From Promethearchaeota archaeon (GTDB taxonomy: Archaea; Asgardarchaeota; Lokiarchaeia; Sigyniarchaeales; SOKP01), in the NCBI GenBank assembly GCA_048938025.1, contig JBHLMP010000023.1, positions 1 through 56,179 of the forward strand: a stretch of 56,179 nucleotides of DNA, read 5' to 3'. The notes under the pieces are model-generated. The model was not told where the DNA came from, did not search any database, and saw nothing but the letters and a program-made list of their open reading frames with translations. Of the stretch, positions 29,837 through 41,149 are shown piece after piece. Numbering within the stretch: the first letter of the stretch is position 1; each line of letters opens with the position of its first letter. The position numbers and the translations under genes are program-made.

Positions 29837-30973
29837 TTATTTCAAATTCCAGAACTCACCTGGAGTTAAATAATTATCAATTTTTGAAAAAGGGCAAACA
29901 GCAATACAAGTACCACAATCACTACTATTTTCAATCCAAAATTCAAAGCATTTTTCCGCATTAACATAATATTTCTTAACACCAGAATTATTACTTATAG
30001 AATCACATTTTATCTTAGGTTCTTTATCTTTTGTAATCGCTTCTGTTTCACACGCATTTGCACATTTAAAACAATTCTTACAAAAGATTTCAACTTTTTT
30101 TATAAATTCAAGATTAGGGCTGTCAGATCTTAATGGTATATCTGTAAATACTTTGCAAATTCTTACTCTAGGGCCATACTCGGGGGTTATTAACAAACCT
30201 AATCTCCCTAATGCACCTAATCCTGCATCAATAGCTAGGGGTATACTTAACGCGGTATCATTTCCACATTGTATGGCTCTAAATCCTAAGTTCCTAATAA
30301 ACTCACCTACACATGCTATTGTAAAAGCCATTTTGGAGTAAGCTAGAGCTGCTGCTGCGGCCGCAGGTTGAGCGGGCGCCGTAGAGATAGCATCCTTATC
30401 CATTTCAATTGCCATTACAATAACTTTATTTATGCCCTCTGGCAAATTAATTGGCTGCTGAAGAATAGAAACGCTTTGTACACCCTCCCTTACTTTCCCT
30501 TTAGAATCTTCTTCACTTTTATTTTCTGGTCTGATAAATCCTGTTTTGTAAATCCATCTCTCATCAATATCAGCAATTCCTACTAATGAGGCACCATAAA
30601 AGTTTGCAGTCTTTTTTATTAATTTGCTAAAATCATCAAGATCTTCAACACTAAATTTGGATTGTGTCCATTTAATCCCATAATCTCCAGTATAATGGTC
30701 CTCTCTTTGCCACGCAAATGCAAATGGAAATTTTTCATACACAGTCCAGCCTGATTTAACAAGATTAAAATCAATACGGGAATATCCTTCTTTTTTAGAA
30801 TCAATATGCTTTTGAATATTAGTAAAAAACATTTGACCATAGGTTGCTAAAGATTTATCCCATAAACGGCGATAAATCATATTATTTTTCTCTTCAAATC
30901 GCTGGTACATTGTCTCATCAATTTCATAAGAACTTTTAGAATTCATAATTACCAATTTCTTTTGATTTTTCAT
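29837..30973 (-). CDS. Reductive dehalogenase-like cobalamin/2x[4Fe-4S] protein
   Basis: YGASLVGIA, ERWIY, AIDAGLGALGRLGLLITPEYGPRVR, FCKNCFKCANAC, CFEFW...CGTCIAVCP; no TAT signal seen. Confidence 0.85.
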   Translation of the reverse strand: MKNQKKLVIMNSKSSYEIDETMYQRFEEKNNMIYRRLWDKSLATYGQMFFTNIQKHIDSKKEGYSRIDFNLVKSGWTVYEKFPFAFAWQREDHYTGDYGIKWTQSKFSVEDLDDFSKLIKKTANFYGASLVGIADIDERWIYKTGFIRPENKSEEDSKGKVREGVQSVSILQQPINLPEGINKVIVMAIEMDKDAISTAPAQPAAAAAALAYSKMAFTIACVGEFIRNLGFRAIQCGNDTALSIPLAIDAGLGALGRLGLLITPEYGPRVRICKVFTDIPLRSDSPNLEFIKKVEIFCKNCFKCANACETEAITKDKEPKIKCDSISNNSGVKKYYVNAEKCFEFWIENSSDCGTCIAVCPFSKIDNYLTPGEFWNLK

Positions 30974-31459
30974 TATATTTTATTAATAATATTATTTGAT
31001 CTTTCTTATTATATAATTATTTAATTATAGGTTATCTGTTAGGAGCGATGCGAATTTGCCGGAGAAAAAGATTATTTTGCAGCTTGGTATACTTCAGATG
31101 ACATAATTGTATACATTACTTGTCATATTTTCATGACCTAAGTTTAGACAAATTATAGAAAAAACAGAATTATTAACTTATATAATGAATTGAAAATAGT
31201 AAATGGATATTACTTACAATATAAGTTTCAAAATTATTACATTAAAATTATAAATTATAATTCGATATTTTATTTATAATGCTTTAAAACATTTATATAT
31301 ATGAATTACATAATAAACATAGAAATCTTTAAAGAATAACCATCTAATTTGAACATAAATCCTTAAAAATAAAAATTAAATTGTAAAAAATCTAAAGAAA
31401 AAAATATCTTCTTAAAGTCTAATAATTTAACCAAAATAAAGGTTCGGAAGAGGAATTTA

Positions 31460-31990
31460 ATGTACGACGCAACATACAAAGTAGTAATATTCGGTGATGC
31501 GGGAACAGGGAAAACTACCTTAACCCAAAGGTTCCTAACAAATTTGTTTAAATCAGATTCTAAGATGACAATAGGAGTGGATTTTGAAGTAAAAAGTTTG
31601 GAAATTAATGAAAAGAAAGTAAAACTTCAGATCTGGGATTTTGGAGGTGAAGAGAGGTTTAGATTCTTGTTGCCAACATATGTTAGGGGCGCAAATGGCG
31701 CTCTCTTCATGTACGATATCACAAATTACTCGAGTTTGGCTCACATAGATGATTGGTTATTAGTTGTTAAAAAAGAAATTAGATCGGAAGATCAATTTCC
31801 TGTTATTGTAGTTGGCGGGAAAGCAGATTTAATTGATGATCGTGAAATCTCTGGAGAGGAAGGAATTAATATTTCAAAATCAAGAGGAGTAGACGGTTTT
31901 ATTGAGTGTAGTTCTAAAACAGGAGAAAATGTTGAAGAAACATTTGAAGCACTAACAAGATTAATGATGCAAAAATCTAATCTGCTTTAG
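31460..31990 (+). CDS. Rab-like small GTPase
   Basis: GDAGTGKT, TIGVDF, WDFGGEERF, GKAD, CSSK. Confidence 0.95.
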   Translation: MYDATYKVVIFGDAGTGKTTLTQRFLTNLFKSDSKMTIGVDFEVKSLEINEKKVKLQIWDFGGEERFRFLLPTYVRGANGALFMYDITNYSSLAHIDDWLLVVKKEIRSEDQFPVIVVGGKADLIDDREISGEEGINISKSRGVDGFIECSSKTGENVEETFEALTRLMMQKSNLL

Positions 31991-32064
31991 TGTTTATCAA
32001 AGAACACTTAAAATCTTATTTTATAAGTAAGGAAATAAATAATTGTTTATCTTATGGATTGTAT

Positions 32065-32991
32065 TTATTCTTGTTCCATAATTTCTTTTTGTTTTAATCG
32101 TAAGTCAATTCTCCTAGCAGAAACCATAATTTGGAATTCTAAGTCTTTTTTATAATTGTCAGCAAATTTAAAGATATTTTCAAGTATTAATTTTTCTGTT
32201 TCCTGACATTCAATATTAATCCCATTAAATATAGGGATTTCTGAATATTCATTGATTAGAATATTTAGCAATTCTTCAGGTAAAACATCAGATCGGTCTT
32301 TAATTGCAACCAATATTGCCTCATGTAAAGTATTATAAATTTCTCGTTTGCTAAATTGACACAATACACATTTTGAACTTCTATTTTTTAAAATATTTAA
32401 AACAATCAAACCAGTCAGAAATTTGAAATTCTTGTTTAATATTTGTTTATTTCCATTGTTGGTTCGTTTAATGTATTCTTGAGTATATAATTCAGATTTT
32501 AGATATAATTTCGAAAAATATATTGCTCTGTCAAAGTAAGCTGGAACAATACAAAAAATTCTAGTAAACCAAAATGGCTTAATATCTTTTGGAGGATCTT
32601 CATAAAAAATGTAATAAACTACTCTACCATCTCGTTCTTTATATAGTGTGGATTCTTTTTTTAGCATATTTAAATAAGTTGAAATTGTAGAACGAGCAAT
32701 TTCTTTATAATATCTTTTATACTCTCGCTCAACTTCTGTTGTAGTAATTTTCTTTTTACCTTCTAGGTAATATTTTAGGATAATACCTAAGATACGGTTT
32801 TCATGAAGTCGTCCTGTTTTAATTTGTTGTTCTTCTGATTCATCCTCTCTATAATCATAAATGTGAGCAATTTCTGGAGCATAATCTTGAACTAATTCAT
32901 CAATTAATAAAAGCTCGCTATCTTTTACTTTTACTTTTTCTAGTTTCGCAACCTCTATTTCAAGTTTTTCTATTTCTGGTTTTTCTGACAA
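32065..32991 (-). CDS. Winged-helix domain protein, probable regulator
   Basis: ITTTEVE...IARSTISTYLNMLKKE...ERDGRVVYY; CVLC motif downstream. Confidence 0.7.
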   Translation of the reverse strand: MSEKPEIEKLEIEVAKLEKVKVKDSELLLIDELVQDYAPEIAHIYDYREDESEEQQIKTGRLHENRILGIILKYYLEGKKKITTTEVEREYKRYYKEIARSTISTYLNMLKKESTLYKERDGRVVYYIFYEDPPKDIKPFWFTRIFCIVPAYFDRAIYFSKLYLKSELYTQEYIKRTNNGNKQILNKNFKFLTGLIVLNILKNRSSKCVLCQFSKREIYNTLHEAILVAIKDRSDVLPEELLNILINEYSEIPIFNGINIECQETEKLILENIFKFADNYKKDLEFQIMVSARRIDLRLKQKEIMEQE

Positions 32992-33282
32992 AATATTGTC
33001 TCTTTAAGTTTTATTTATTTACTATCTTATTAAAAAAAACTTATCTTTTTATTAATTACTATTCTAGTGTACTAGAATTATATGTTAGAATCTATTGCAT
33101 TCCTTTATCTTATTATTATTTTTAAAATTATTTATTATTTTTTGATATTTTAAAATATCTTGAAAAATAAAAAAAATTACATATTTCGATTAATTTAATC
33201 TTTAAGATTTTTAATAGTCTTGCAATCTGTAAAAGTTTGTTTTTTAGGTTTCATAATGATAAATTTTCTTTTAAATAAAACC

Positions 33283-35073
33283 TCATTGTGAATTTCCGTA
33301 TCTTTCAATATATAACGGATCTTTAATTTGAAGTTCTCGACGTTGAACCTTTCCTATGATATTTTTTGGCAATTCTCCAATAATAGCAATAGAATAAGGT
33401 ACTTTATAGAGTGCCATATTTTTAGTAGCCCACTCTTTTATTAGATGAGGTGATAAATTACAATCTTCTTTTATTGAAACCCATGCTTTTATAACTTCTC
33501 CATATTCTTCATGGGGCAATCCTGCTACAGCAGCTTCGGTAATATCTGGATGTTTCATTAGGAGTTCTTCTACTTCTTTAGGAAATACAGAATAACCCTT
33601 ATACTTAATAAGTTGTTTCTTTCGATCTCTAATTACGATTGTGCCATCTTCATTCATAAAACCAATATCTCCTGTTAATAACCATAATTTATCTTTGTAT
33701 TCTAAAATTGTATCAATAGTTTCATCTGGCTCGTTTAAATACTCTAACATGATCTGAGGACCAGCTATACAAATTTCTCCTGAATGTTCAATACCAAAAT
33801 TTTTTTCATCTGGATTTCCTAAACATATAGGACCTAAATTGAAATTGTCTGTTGGCCAGATACCCCATTCTGTTCCTGGAAATGGCATACCTATGGAGCT
33901 AACTGGGCTTTCACCAAATAAGTTACCAGCGCTAACTGCTGGACTAGCCTCTGATAATCCATAACCTTCAACAATTCTACCACCGGTGTTTTCAATAAAA
34001 GCATCATGTACCGCTTTATGCAATGGACCGGCACTTGAAACACATAAAATTAATTTTCCCATAACTCCCGGGTATCTCTTCTTTAATCTTTTGAGTTCTG
34101 CTAGCCTTTTAAATAACATTTCAGTACCCGCATAAATTAAACCCTCTGTACAAGGTAATTTTTCAATTTCCTCACATAATTCTGTTTGTGAAGGAGGATT
34201 TGGAAAAAGCATAATCCAACCACCAACTGCTATAGTTGTATTCATAATTACTGTATGAGCAAAACTGTGAAATAATGGAAGTATCCCAATATTCCCTATA
34301 CATGGTCTTTCTCCACCTAACCATAATTTGCATTGTTTAGCATTGGATACTACATTAAAGTGCGTTAAAACTGCTGCCTTTGGCAAACCTGTGGTTCCAC
34401 CGGTCATTATATAAGTTGCAGGATGGGTTTTAACATTAAACTTAATTTTTGGAACATTTGGCTTAGTTTTTAGAAGATCTTTAAATTTATATGCATTAGG
34501 ATAATCAACTTTCCCTGTAGGAATCTTCTTTACAAATTTACCAACTATCTTTTTTACACTAATCATATCGGTTAGATCTGCTAGATTAGTATATACAATT
34601 ATTTCTACACTTGATTCATCAATAATAGGCTTTATGTAAGTTTTATATAAAGCATCTAATACAATTAACATTTTAGGCTTTATAATGTCAAGTTGATGTA
34701 ATATTTCCATAGGTTGATAAGTGGGATTAATTCCACTTGCTATAGCTCCTATCCTAGTAATAGCATAATACCCTACTATATATTGAGGACAATTAGGCAT
34801 GTGGATCGCTATAACATCCCCTTTTTTAATACCTAAATTAGCCAATGCCGTAGCAAACGATTTTACATACTCTTGAAATTGTTTATAAGAAATCCAGGTA
34901 TCTAAAAACCAAATTAAATTATCATTAGAATACTTCGCCACTTGCTCGTCTAGAAATTCATTTGTAGTTTTTTCTTCAAATGTAGTGTTAAAAGGGACTC
35001 CCTCAGGCCACCATTTCTTAAACCATCGTTTATTTTCATCTACTTGATAGGTATCATCTAACTTAATTGGCAT
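33283..35073 (-). CDS. Long-chain fatty acid-CoA ligase (AMP-binding)
   Basis: MTGGTTGLPK, EGYGLSE, TGDIG, DRKKQLI, IGKVQRR. Confidence 0.92.
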   Translation of the reverse strand: MPIKLDDTYQVDENKRWFKKWWPEGVPFNTTFEEKTTNEFLDEQVAKYSNDNLIWFLDTWISYKQFQEYVKSFATALANLGIKKGDVIAIHMPNCPQYIVGYYAITRIGAIASGINPTYQPMEILHQLDIIKPKMLIVLDALYKTYIKPIIDESSVEIIVYTNLADLTDMISVKKIVGKFVKKIPTGKVDYPNAYKFKDLLKTKPNVPKIKFNVKTHPATYIMTGGTTGLPKAAVLTHFNVVSNAKQCKLWLGGERPCIGNIGILPLFHSFAHTVIMNTTIAVGGWIMLFPNPPSQTELCEEIEKLPCTEGLIYAGTEMLFKRLAELKRLKKRYPGVMGKLILCVSSAGPLHKAVHDAFIENTGGRIVEGYGLSEASPAVSAGNLFGESPVSSIGMPFPGTEWGIWPTDNFNLGPICLGNPDEKNFGIEHSGEICIAGPQIMLEYLNEPDETIDTILEYKDKLWLLTGDIGFMNEDGTIVIRDRKKQLIKYKGYSVFPKEVEELLMKHPDITEAAVAGLPHEEYGEVIKAWVSIKEDCNLSPHLIKEWATKNMALYKVPYSIAIIGELPKNIIGKVQRRELQIKDPLYIERYGNSQ

Positions 35074-35206
35074 TTCTTCTTCTCACTGATACTTGTAAAA
35101 TTTTTTTCTCTTTATATCATTTAGGTATATCCAAATTTAAAACTTTGTAGGTTAAAGTTTCAAGAAAATTAAAAAAAAAAAAATTTTAAAAAAAAAAATA
35201 TATTTT

Positions 35207-37273
35207 TTAAACTCTCATGTCCTTTCTTCTTTTTATCAATATCGTTGCTACACCGACTAATCCAACACCAGCAATTAATACAATCAATGCCCAGAATTCA
35301 GGAGTCTGAAAAGTCATAAAAACTGAGAAAGTAGGATCATGCCAAATACCAGTACCATCCTCAAATTCAGGATAACATACTGCGTAAGCTACTACAGTGA
35401 AATTTATATTAAGCCTAATATCAGTAGCAAAAGGTTTTACATCTGTTTCACTTGGTGGTACAAATGTATCATGTCTTTCCATTTCACCAGTCCATACAGC
35501 AAGAGGGATGATAGCAGTACTTGCATTGTCACGAGATCTACTAGCAATGTCTTCTGGACCATAATCATAATATGGTCCCGCTATATCAACGAAATCTAGT
35601 GGCTCTGAGCCACCAAGGTAATTCCCAACCTTTAATTCATGAGTCTCTTTAACATAATCGTCATCATTAGGATTTTCATCATAAAAATCATCTAAGTTTG
35701 CATCAGGAGGCGTAACGTCACTAGAAGTTGCTACATTTAAGTGGAAATGTAGAATTGTCGATACATAAATTATTGCCATATCCAAATCTATAATATCAGC
35801 ATTTGCGTAGGGATCAGTATTATTATTCCATGGAGCAAAGTATTGGTCTAGTTTTATTTTCCCTACGGCATCTGCCCCTTCTACATTCTTTTCTGGATCA
35901 AAAGTAAATCCAAATTGCATATAATCTAGATTTTCTTGAGGTGCGGCTAGATAGGAATCTAAATCAATACCAACAGGAACAGCAGAGATATTAACATCTT
36001 GTAATCGTAATCCCCATGAAATAGTATTATCATCATTCTTAGTTGGAGATATAAAATTGTAAGTGCCTACCCTTCTTAAAACTAATCTATGAGTAAGTTC
36101 AGAACTCTCTGGATATGATATATCTTTATCTTCATTGTTAATTGTTACTGTTGTATCTGTATAGTTCACAGAAAGTTCACGATCATTAGGAAACTTATCA
36201 TTATAGAGGAAAGCACCAGCTAAATGATGGGAAAATAGGTAAAATTCAATATCACATCCCTGAAAAGCTTTCGCAGGATCGCCTCCCTCTCCACTTCCAA
36301 TGTTAATAAGTTCTGTTATATCAATATGAATTTCAAAATTTTTCATCCAAAATTCAATTAAATCGAAGGTAAATGCTGTCCAGTATAATTTTTCACCGGG
36401 TATTATAACTTCTGTATTTCTCAATAACCATTGCATATAAATATCTTTTCTGGCATCGGCTTCCGTATTCAAAGGACCTAGTATTGATGGATAGGCTACT
36501 TCAAGCTCATCATCATCACCATCTCCAATTATTGTGTTATTTGAATGGTACCATGTTTTTGTTATTTGAAAATCAATTGGAGTAATTTCTAATTTCTGCC
36601 AGGTAATGGGATTCAATATAAACAATTCATCACCAGTGAAAATGTCATTTATATGGATTAAAAACCAAACAATTAGTTCTACTCCTTCTCTAATAAGATC
36701 CTCAGGAATTTCTTCTCCATGTAAATCGCTCTCTTCTAATGTTTTGAAGAAATTAAATAATTTTTTGACAGCATTTATGAATGAATGGTCGTTATCCCAA
36801 ATTATTAGTGTGACTCCTGCTCCCGCAGTCATACTATATTCATATGAACCACTCTTATTTACTACACAGTAAGCTGTTCCAGAAATGCCTGAAAGACGGG
36901 CATAATCTTCTGGTAGTAGATGGTATTCAAGAACACCATCAGATCCTAAATCATTAGTCCTTACTGGAGTTGAAGTTTCATTGAATGCACTTAAAACATA
37001 GACACCTGACATCATCTCTCTAGCAGAAATATCTTCATATGCTTGTTGAAATAGCATCAAGAATACTTGTCCTAATAGATTTCCAGCGTAACCTAATCCT
37101 CCTAACATACTCCCAAAGCCTCCCTGAAAACTATCAATAATATCCTCATTATCTCCCAATTGATCTAAGTCAAACTTATTATCATCGTCTGCAGATACCA
37201 TAACTGGCATTGCTATCATCGAGGTAAGAAATAAAGAAAGAACCATTAAGGATTTAGTATTTATTATTTTCAT
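35207..37273 (-). CDS. Secreted, C-terminally anchored acidic surface protein
   Basis: Signal peptide ending VSA-DDD, acidic ectodomain, IWHDPTF, C-terminal TM followed by KRRK. Confidence 0.8.
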   Translation of the reverse strand: MKIINTKSLMVLSLFLTSMIAMPVMVSADDDNKFDLDQLGDNEDIIDSFQGGFGSMLGGLGYAGNLLGQVFLMLFQQAYEDISAREMMSGVYVLSAFNETSTPVRTNDLGSDGVLEYHLLPEDYARLSGISGTAYCVVNKSGSYEYSMTAGAGVTLIIWDNDHSFINAVKKLFNFFKTLEESDLHGEEIPEDLIREGVELIVWFLIHINDIFTGDELFILNPITWQKLEITPIDFQITKTWYHSNNTIIGDGDDDELEVAYPSILGPLNTEADARKDIYMQWLLRNTEVIIPGEKLYWTAFTFDLIEFWMKNFEIHIDITELINIGSGEGGDPAKAFQGCDIEFYLFSHHLAGAFLYNDKFPNDRELSVNYTDTTVTINNEDKDISYPESSELTHRLVLRRVGTYNFISPTKNDDNTISWGLRLQDVNISAVPVGIDLDSYLAAPQENLDYMQFGFTFDPEKNVEGADAVGKIKLDQYFAPWNNNTDPYANADIIDLDMAIIYVSTILHFHLNVATSSDVTPPDANLDDFYDENPNDDDYVKETHELKVGNYLGGSEPLDFVDIAGPYYDYGPEDIASRSRDNASTAIIPLAVWTGEMERHDTFVPPSETDVKPFATDIRLNINFTVVAYAVCYPEFEDGTGIWHDPTFSVFMTFQTPEFWALIVLIAGVGLVGVATILIKRRKDMRV

Positions 37274-37582
37274 TTTTTTCTAACCCTTTTTTTTAAATAA
37301 ATTTTAATTTTAATCTTAAAATTATAAATAAAATTTAGCTTATTAATAATTTATATTCTAATATAGTAGAAAATTGTAGGATAATTTAACTCATATTAAA
37401 TTAAAATATTTAATCAACAAGTTCTTATTGATTGAAACAAATTTTAATAAAATCAATATCTTTATTAATCTTGCTTATTCTATAATAATAATCTTTTAAT
37501 CTAATCTAATTTATTCAGGAAATCGGTTTAATTTTTAACATGAATATATCAGGGTTAACTTAAAATTAAAAATAAAAAAAAA

Positions 37583-38614
37583 TTAGTGATTATATTTTAG
37601 TTCTGGTTCCTCTAAACGGATAAATGTAATTAAAAATACTAAAATAAATAATATTCCAGAGACAATAAGACTCGAGACTTTCATAAAATCTGAGAATTCT
37701 GTATCTGAAATGAATATTAAATTGGAGCCCATGAAAATAGCTGCTAAAATATATCCCATCACGTGACCTCGAAATTTACTTGTTTTTTGTTTCCCTGTAA
37801 AATAATTAACTATTGAAACTATAAGAACGATAACAAATCCTGCATTGTAGAATAGATCTATAACTGGAAATTCATAAAAAGCTAAAAATAAGAAGAAAAC
37901 GAATAAAACCAAGATTAAAATTTTAATTTGCATCATCTTTTTGGTTTTTGTAGTATCTACAAATATTTGCTCATATTCACTTATGCCGGAATTAGCAAAT
38001 AAGATAAATAAAGAACCAATTGCAAGAGCCGTACATAAACAATATGAGATTATGTAAATCGGATTAAGTAATGGAATCCAAATATTCCATAATAAAAATA
38101 TTGATAACTTAATATATTCTGGTATAATAACGATTCCACAAAAGATAGGGATGATTGAAGCTAGAATCATAATAATTTTAGTTAATAAAGAAACTTTCGT
38201 GTCCTCTTCCCACCGTTCCTTTCTAAAGGTTGTTAACTGCCACCCAAAGGAAGCAAAGGTTAAAACTGAAACAACTGGCGTGATTAATGGAAATACAAAA
38301 ATAAGAAGTATATAAACGGCATTTATGCCATAAAATAATTTCAATCTTAAGGGAATTACACCTACCACTCTATCTGTAGAATCAATTGTTTCAGCAAAAC
38401 GGTTTGCAAATAAAATTATGAAAAATAACCATGAAATACTAAAAACTAAGGGACATAAAAGTTTAATAATCAAAAACTCCAAATCTGGATCATTTGAAAA
38501 CCACAATTCAAAACCAGCAAAATTATAGATTAAAAATGTGATTATCGGGATAAGAACGATAGAAATTAAAACAACCAAGCGGCTAAACATAAACCCTTTT
38601 ATCTCTTTCGGCAT
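37583..38614 (-). CDS. Polytopic membrane protein
   Basis: About 9-10 hydrophobic segments. Confidence 0.8.
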   Translation of the reverse strand: MPKEIKGFMFSRLVVLISIVLIPIITFLIYNFAGFELWFSNDPDLEFLIIKLLCPLVFSISWLFFIILFANRFAETIDSTDRVVGVIPLRLKLFYGINAVYILLIFVFPLITPVVSVLTFASFGWQLTTFRKERWEEDTKVSLLTKIIMILASIIPIFCGIVIIPEYIKLSIFLLWNIWIPLLNPIYIISYCLCTALAIGSLFILFANSGISEYEQIFVDTTKTKKMMQIKILILVLFVFFLFLAFYEFPVIDLFYNAGFVIVLIVSIVNYFTGKQKTSKFRGHVMGYILAAIFMGSNLIFISDTEFSDFMKVSSLIVSGILFILVFLITFIRLEEPELKYNH

Positions 38615-38768
38615 AATATCATCTTATTGTTTGAATTTTCATTATTATTATAATTAGTATAACTTAATAATTAATGTATTTTTCTTGGAATTAAAATATA
38701 AGTATCTAATACAAAATTATGGAAATCAAATCTAATAATAAATAAAATAAGTGTATAAAAATAGATAA

Positions 38769-39542
38769 TTACTTATTTCCCCTTACTTTTTTTCCACAAT
38801 TAGTGCAAAAATCATCAGAGGGAGTAAGCTTAGCTCCGCAGTTCGTACAAAAAGGTGAAATACTTTCTGTCTCTTCTACTTTTCCTAATTTTTCAAAAGT
38901 AGGTTCAGAAATTTCTACTTCTTCTTCTGTAAATTTTTTAACCTTTGGTTTTGCTTTCCCGGGTTTATATTTCAAGCTACCAATAAACGCTCCAAAAACA
39001 GCCCCCACCAAACAACCCTCAAAGATTGACGTAAGTATAGCAAGTAAAAATGGTAAGTCTGCCAATCCCAATAATAACCCATCTAAAACTGCTGAACCTA
39101 ATGGAAATGCAACAGCTAATACTAGATAAATAATCGATAGTGGAATCATATATCCAAAACCAATAGCAAGACTAGTGTTAATACCACCTCGAGGAGAATG
39201 TGCAAATAAGCCACTCGTGATGGCACAGCATAAAATCCAAGGAACAGTAACTGCAATAATTAACCCTACATCTTCAGGGCGGTAAAATATACACCAATGA
39301 ATAGGAAATAAAAAAATCATAGCTATTCCAATAAAACCCCCCGCTACAATTTCTAAAAAAGGTCCTCCAAAACCTATAAGTCCCGTTAATGTACTCAAAG
39401 CATCTTCAAAATTCTCTAATAATCCACCAGTAACTCCTCCTGTCAAATTTAAAAACCGAAAACTTATATATGCCATTGGTAATAAACAACACATTCCGGC
39501 ACACCCTGACAGAATCACGCGCTTTTTTCCGATATTTAACAC
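38769..39542 (-). CDS. Gly-rich membrane protein with a C-terminal zinc ribbon
   Basis: TM helices, then FCTNCG...FCTNCG; start codon uncertain. Confidence 0.75.
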   Translation of the reverse strand: MLNIGKKRVILSGCAGMCCLLPMAYISFRFLNLTGGVTGGLLENFEDALSTLTGLIGFGGPFLEIVAGGFIGIAMIFLFPIHWCIFYRPEDVGLIIAVTVPWILCCAITSGLFAHSPRGGINTSLAIGFGYMIPLSIIYLVLAVAFPLGSAVLDGLLLGLADLPFLLAILTSIFEGCLVGAVFGAFIGSLKYKPGKAKPKVKKFTEEEVEISEPTFEKLGKVEETESISPFCTNCGAKLTPSDDFCTNCGKKVRGNK

Positions 39543-39797
39543 CCTACCTAATTTTTAATTTAGACTTTGATTTTATAATTTAATTTATTTAATAGTATTT
39601 CAAAAACTCTTAATATATTTATATTTTTGTTTTGAAAACCCATCTACATATTAATCATATAAGTTATACCCCACTTGGAATAATTTAAGAAAAAAATCTT
39701 GATCTATTTACAGGGTATAAAAATTTGATAGATAAATGTATAGATTGAGAAATTCAGGAAAAAAAATAATGATTTGATGATAAAATAAAATTAATTA

Positions 39798-40490
39798 TTA
39801 TTCAATTTTAATAATTCTTCCCTTATCCATTTTAATAACTTTATCCGCATATTTATTTAAGTGTGTACGATGAGTAACTACTATAATTGTTGTTTCTGTG
39901 TCTTTATTAATTTTCTTTAATAAATCCATTACCTGTAATTCTGATTCAGGATCTAAATTTCCAGTTGGTTCATCTGCTAAGATAACCCTAGGCCTATGAA
40001 TAATTGCCCTCGCTAAACCAATTCTTTGTTTTTCACCACCACTTAGTTGAACAGGATGGTGGTCTTTACGTTCAAGAAGATTAACATCTCTTAATGCTGC
40101 AATTGATCTATTTTCTATTTCTTTATTACTTAAAACTGTCGGCCATAATAATGCTTCTACATTTTCGATTGCTGTTAATGAATTAACAAGGTTATAATCT
40201 TGGAATACAAAACCAATTTTTTGACGCCGAATTTTACTTAATCTATCTTCTGTTGCTCGTGCTATATTTTCACCATCAAAAATAATTCTACCCGAATCTG
40301 GTAAATCTAAACCTGACAATACATTAAGGAGAGTACTTTTTCCACATCCGGTTGGTCCTTGCACTATAACAAACTCTCCGGATTTTACTTTTAAATTTAT
40401 ATCTACTAGTGCTCTAATAATGGCTCCTGCCCGTCTATATTCCTTATTTATATCAATTGCCTCAATCATAATATCTTTTGCAAATGCCAT
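39798..40490 (-). CDS. ABC ATPase, LolD/MacB/FtsE type
   Basis: GPTGCGKS, GFVFQDYNL, LSGGEKQR, LADEPTGNLD, VTH. Confidence 0.93.
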   Translation of the reverse strand: MAFAKDIMIEAIDINKEYRRAGAIIRALVDINLKVKSGEFVIVQGPTGCGKSTLLNVLSGLDLPDSGRIIFDGENIARATEDRLSKIRRQKIGFVFQDYNLVNSLTAIENVEALLWPTVLSNKEIENRSIAALRDVNLLERKDHHPVQLSGGEKQRIGLARAIIHRPRVILADEPTGNLDPESELQVMDLLKKINKDTETTIIVVTHRTHLNKYADKVIKMDKGRIIKIE

Positions 40491-40502
40491 TTTTTTTCCT
40501 CC

Positions 40503-41045
40503 TTACCCTCCTACTCTTTTTAATGCAATTATTGGTCTTACTTTTAAAACTTTCCTATAAACAACAATTAAGGCAAGTAATTGAACAAATATGAACATTC
40601 CACTAGTAACAATGACTGGGACTAATCCTATTAAAATTGTAATATCTAAATTGATTTCTGCTGAATTTAAATAAGCGACAATAGCAGCATAATGAAATAG
40701 AACTTCAATTACAATAAAAAATCCCATCAATGTAGTAAATAATATAATTCCTGATACTAATATAATTATATTTTTATTTGTATAACCAATACATTTGAAT
40801 GTAGCCCAAACTCTTCTTCTTCTAGACACCAAAATCCAAGCATAGAGTAGAGAAAGAATTAAACTAGTAATAAAAAAGATCAATATAAAAAATAGAGCAG
40901 ATTCTCCTAATTCACCCCCAATTCCCAATTCTATGAATAAACTGGATAAAAATATTAAAATAGTATATATCAATGCAAAAACTGTGAATATCTTTTTTTC
41001 ACGCAATGAGAGAAGTATTGCCTTTTTCCACATTCTGAAAGCCAA
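40503..41045 (-). CDS. Minimal FtsX/MacB-like ABC permease
   Basis: RRRVWATFKCIGY and VRPIIALK motifs, 4 TM; adjacent to the ATPase. Confidence 0.75.
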   Translation of the reverse strand: MAFRMWKKAILLSLREKKIFTVFALIYTILIFLSSLFIELGIGGELGESALFFILIFFITSLILSLLYAWILVSRRRRVWATFKCIGYTNKNIIILVSGIILFTTLMGFFIVIEVLFHYAAIVAYLNSAEINLDITILIGLVPVIVTSGMFIFVQLLALIVVYRKVLKVRPIIALKRVGG

Positions 41046-41149
41046 TCAATTTCACCGTCATTAATTTAATTTTATTTTTAAACGTATTTTTAAATTTATA
41101 ATTTATTTATTAAATAATAATTTGATAATATAATATTTTGGTAATAATG

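Noticed and set aside
31098-31142. Integrase remnant (minus-strand LGHENMTSNVY) or operator palindrome ATGACA...TGTCAT upstream of the dehalogenase
   Set aside because: Too short and imperfect to separate from chance.
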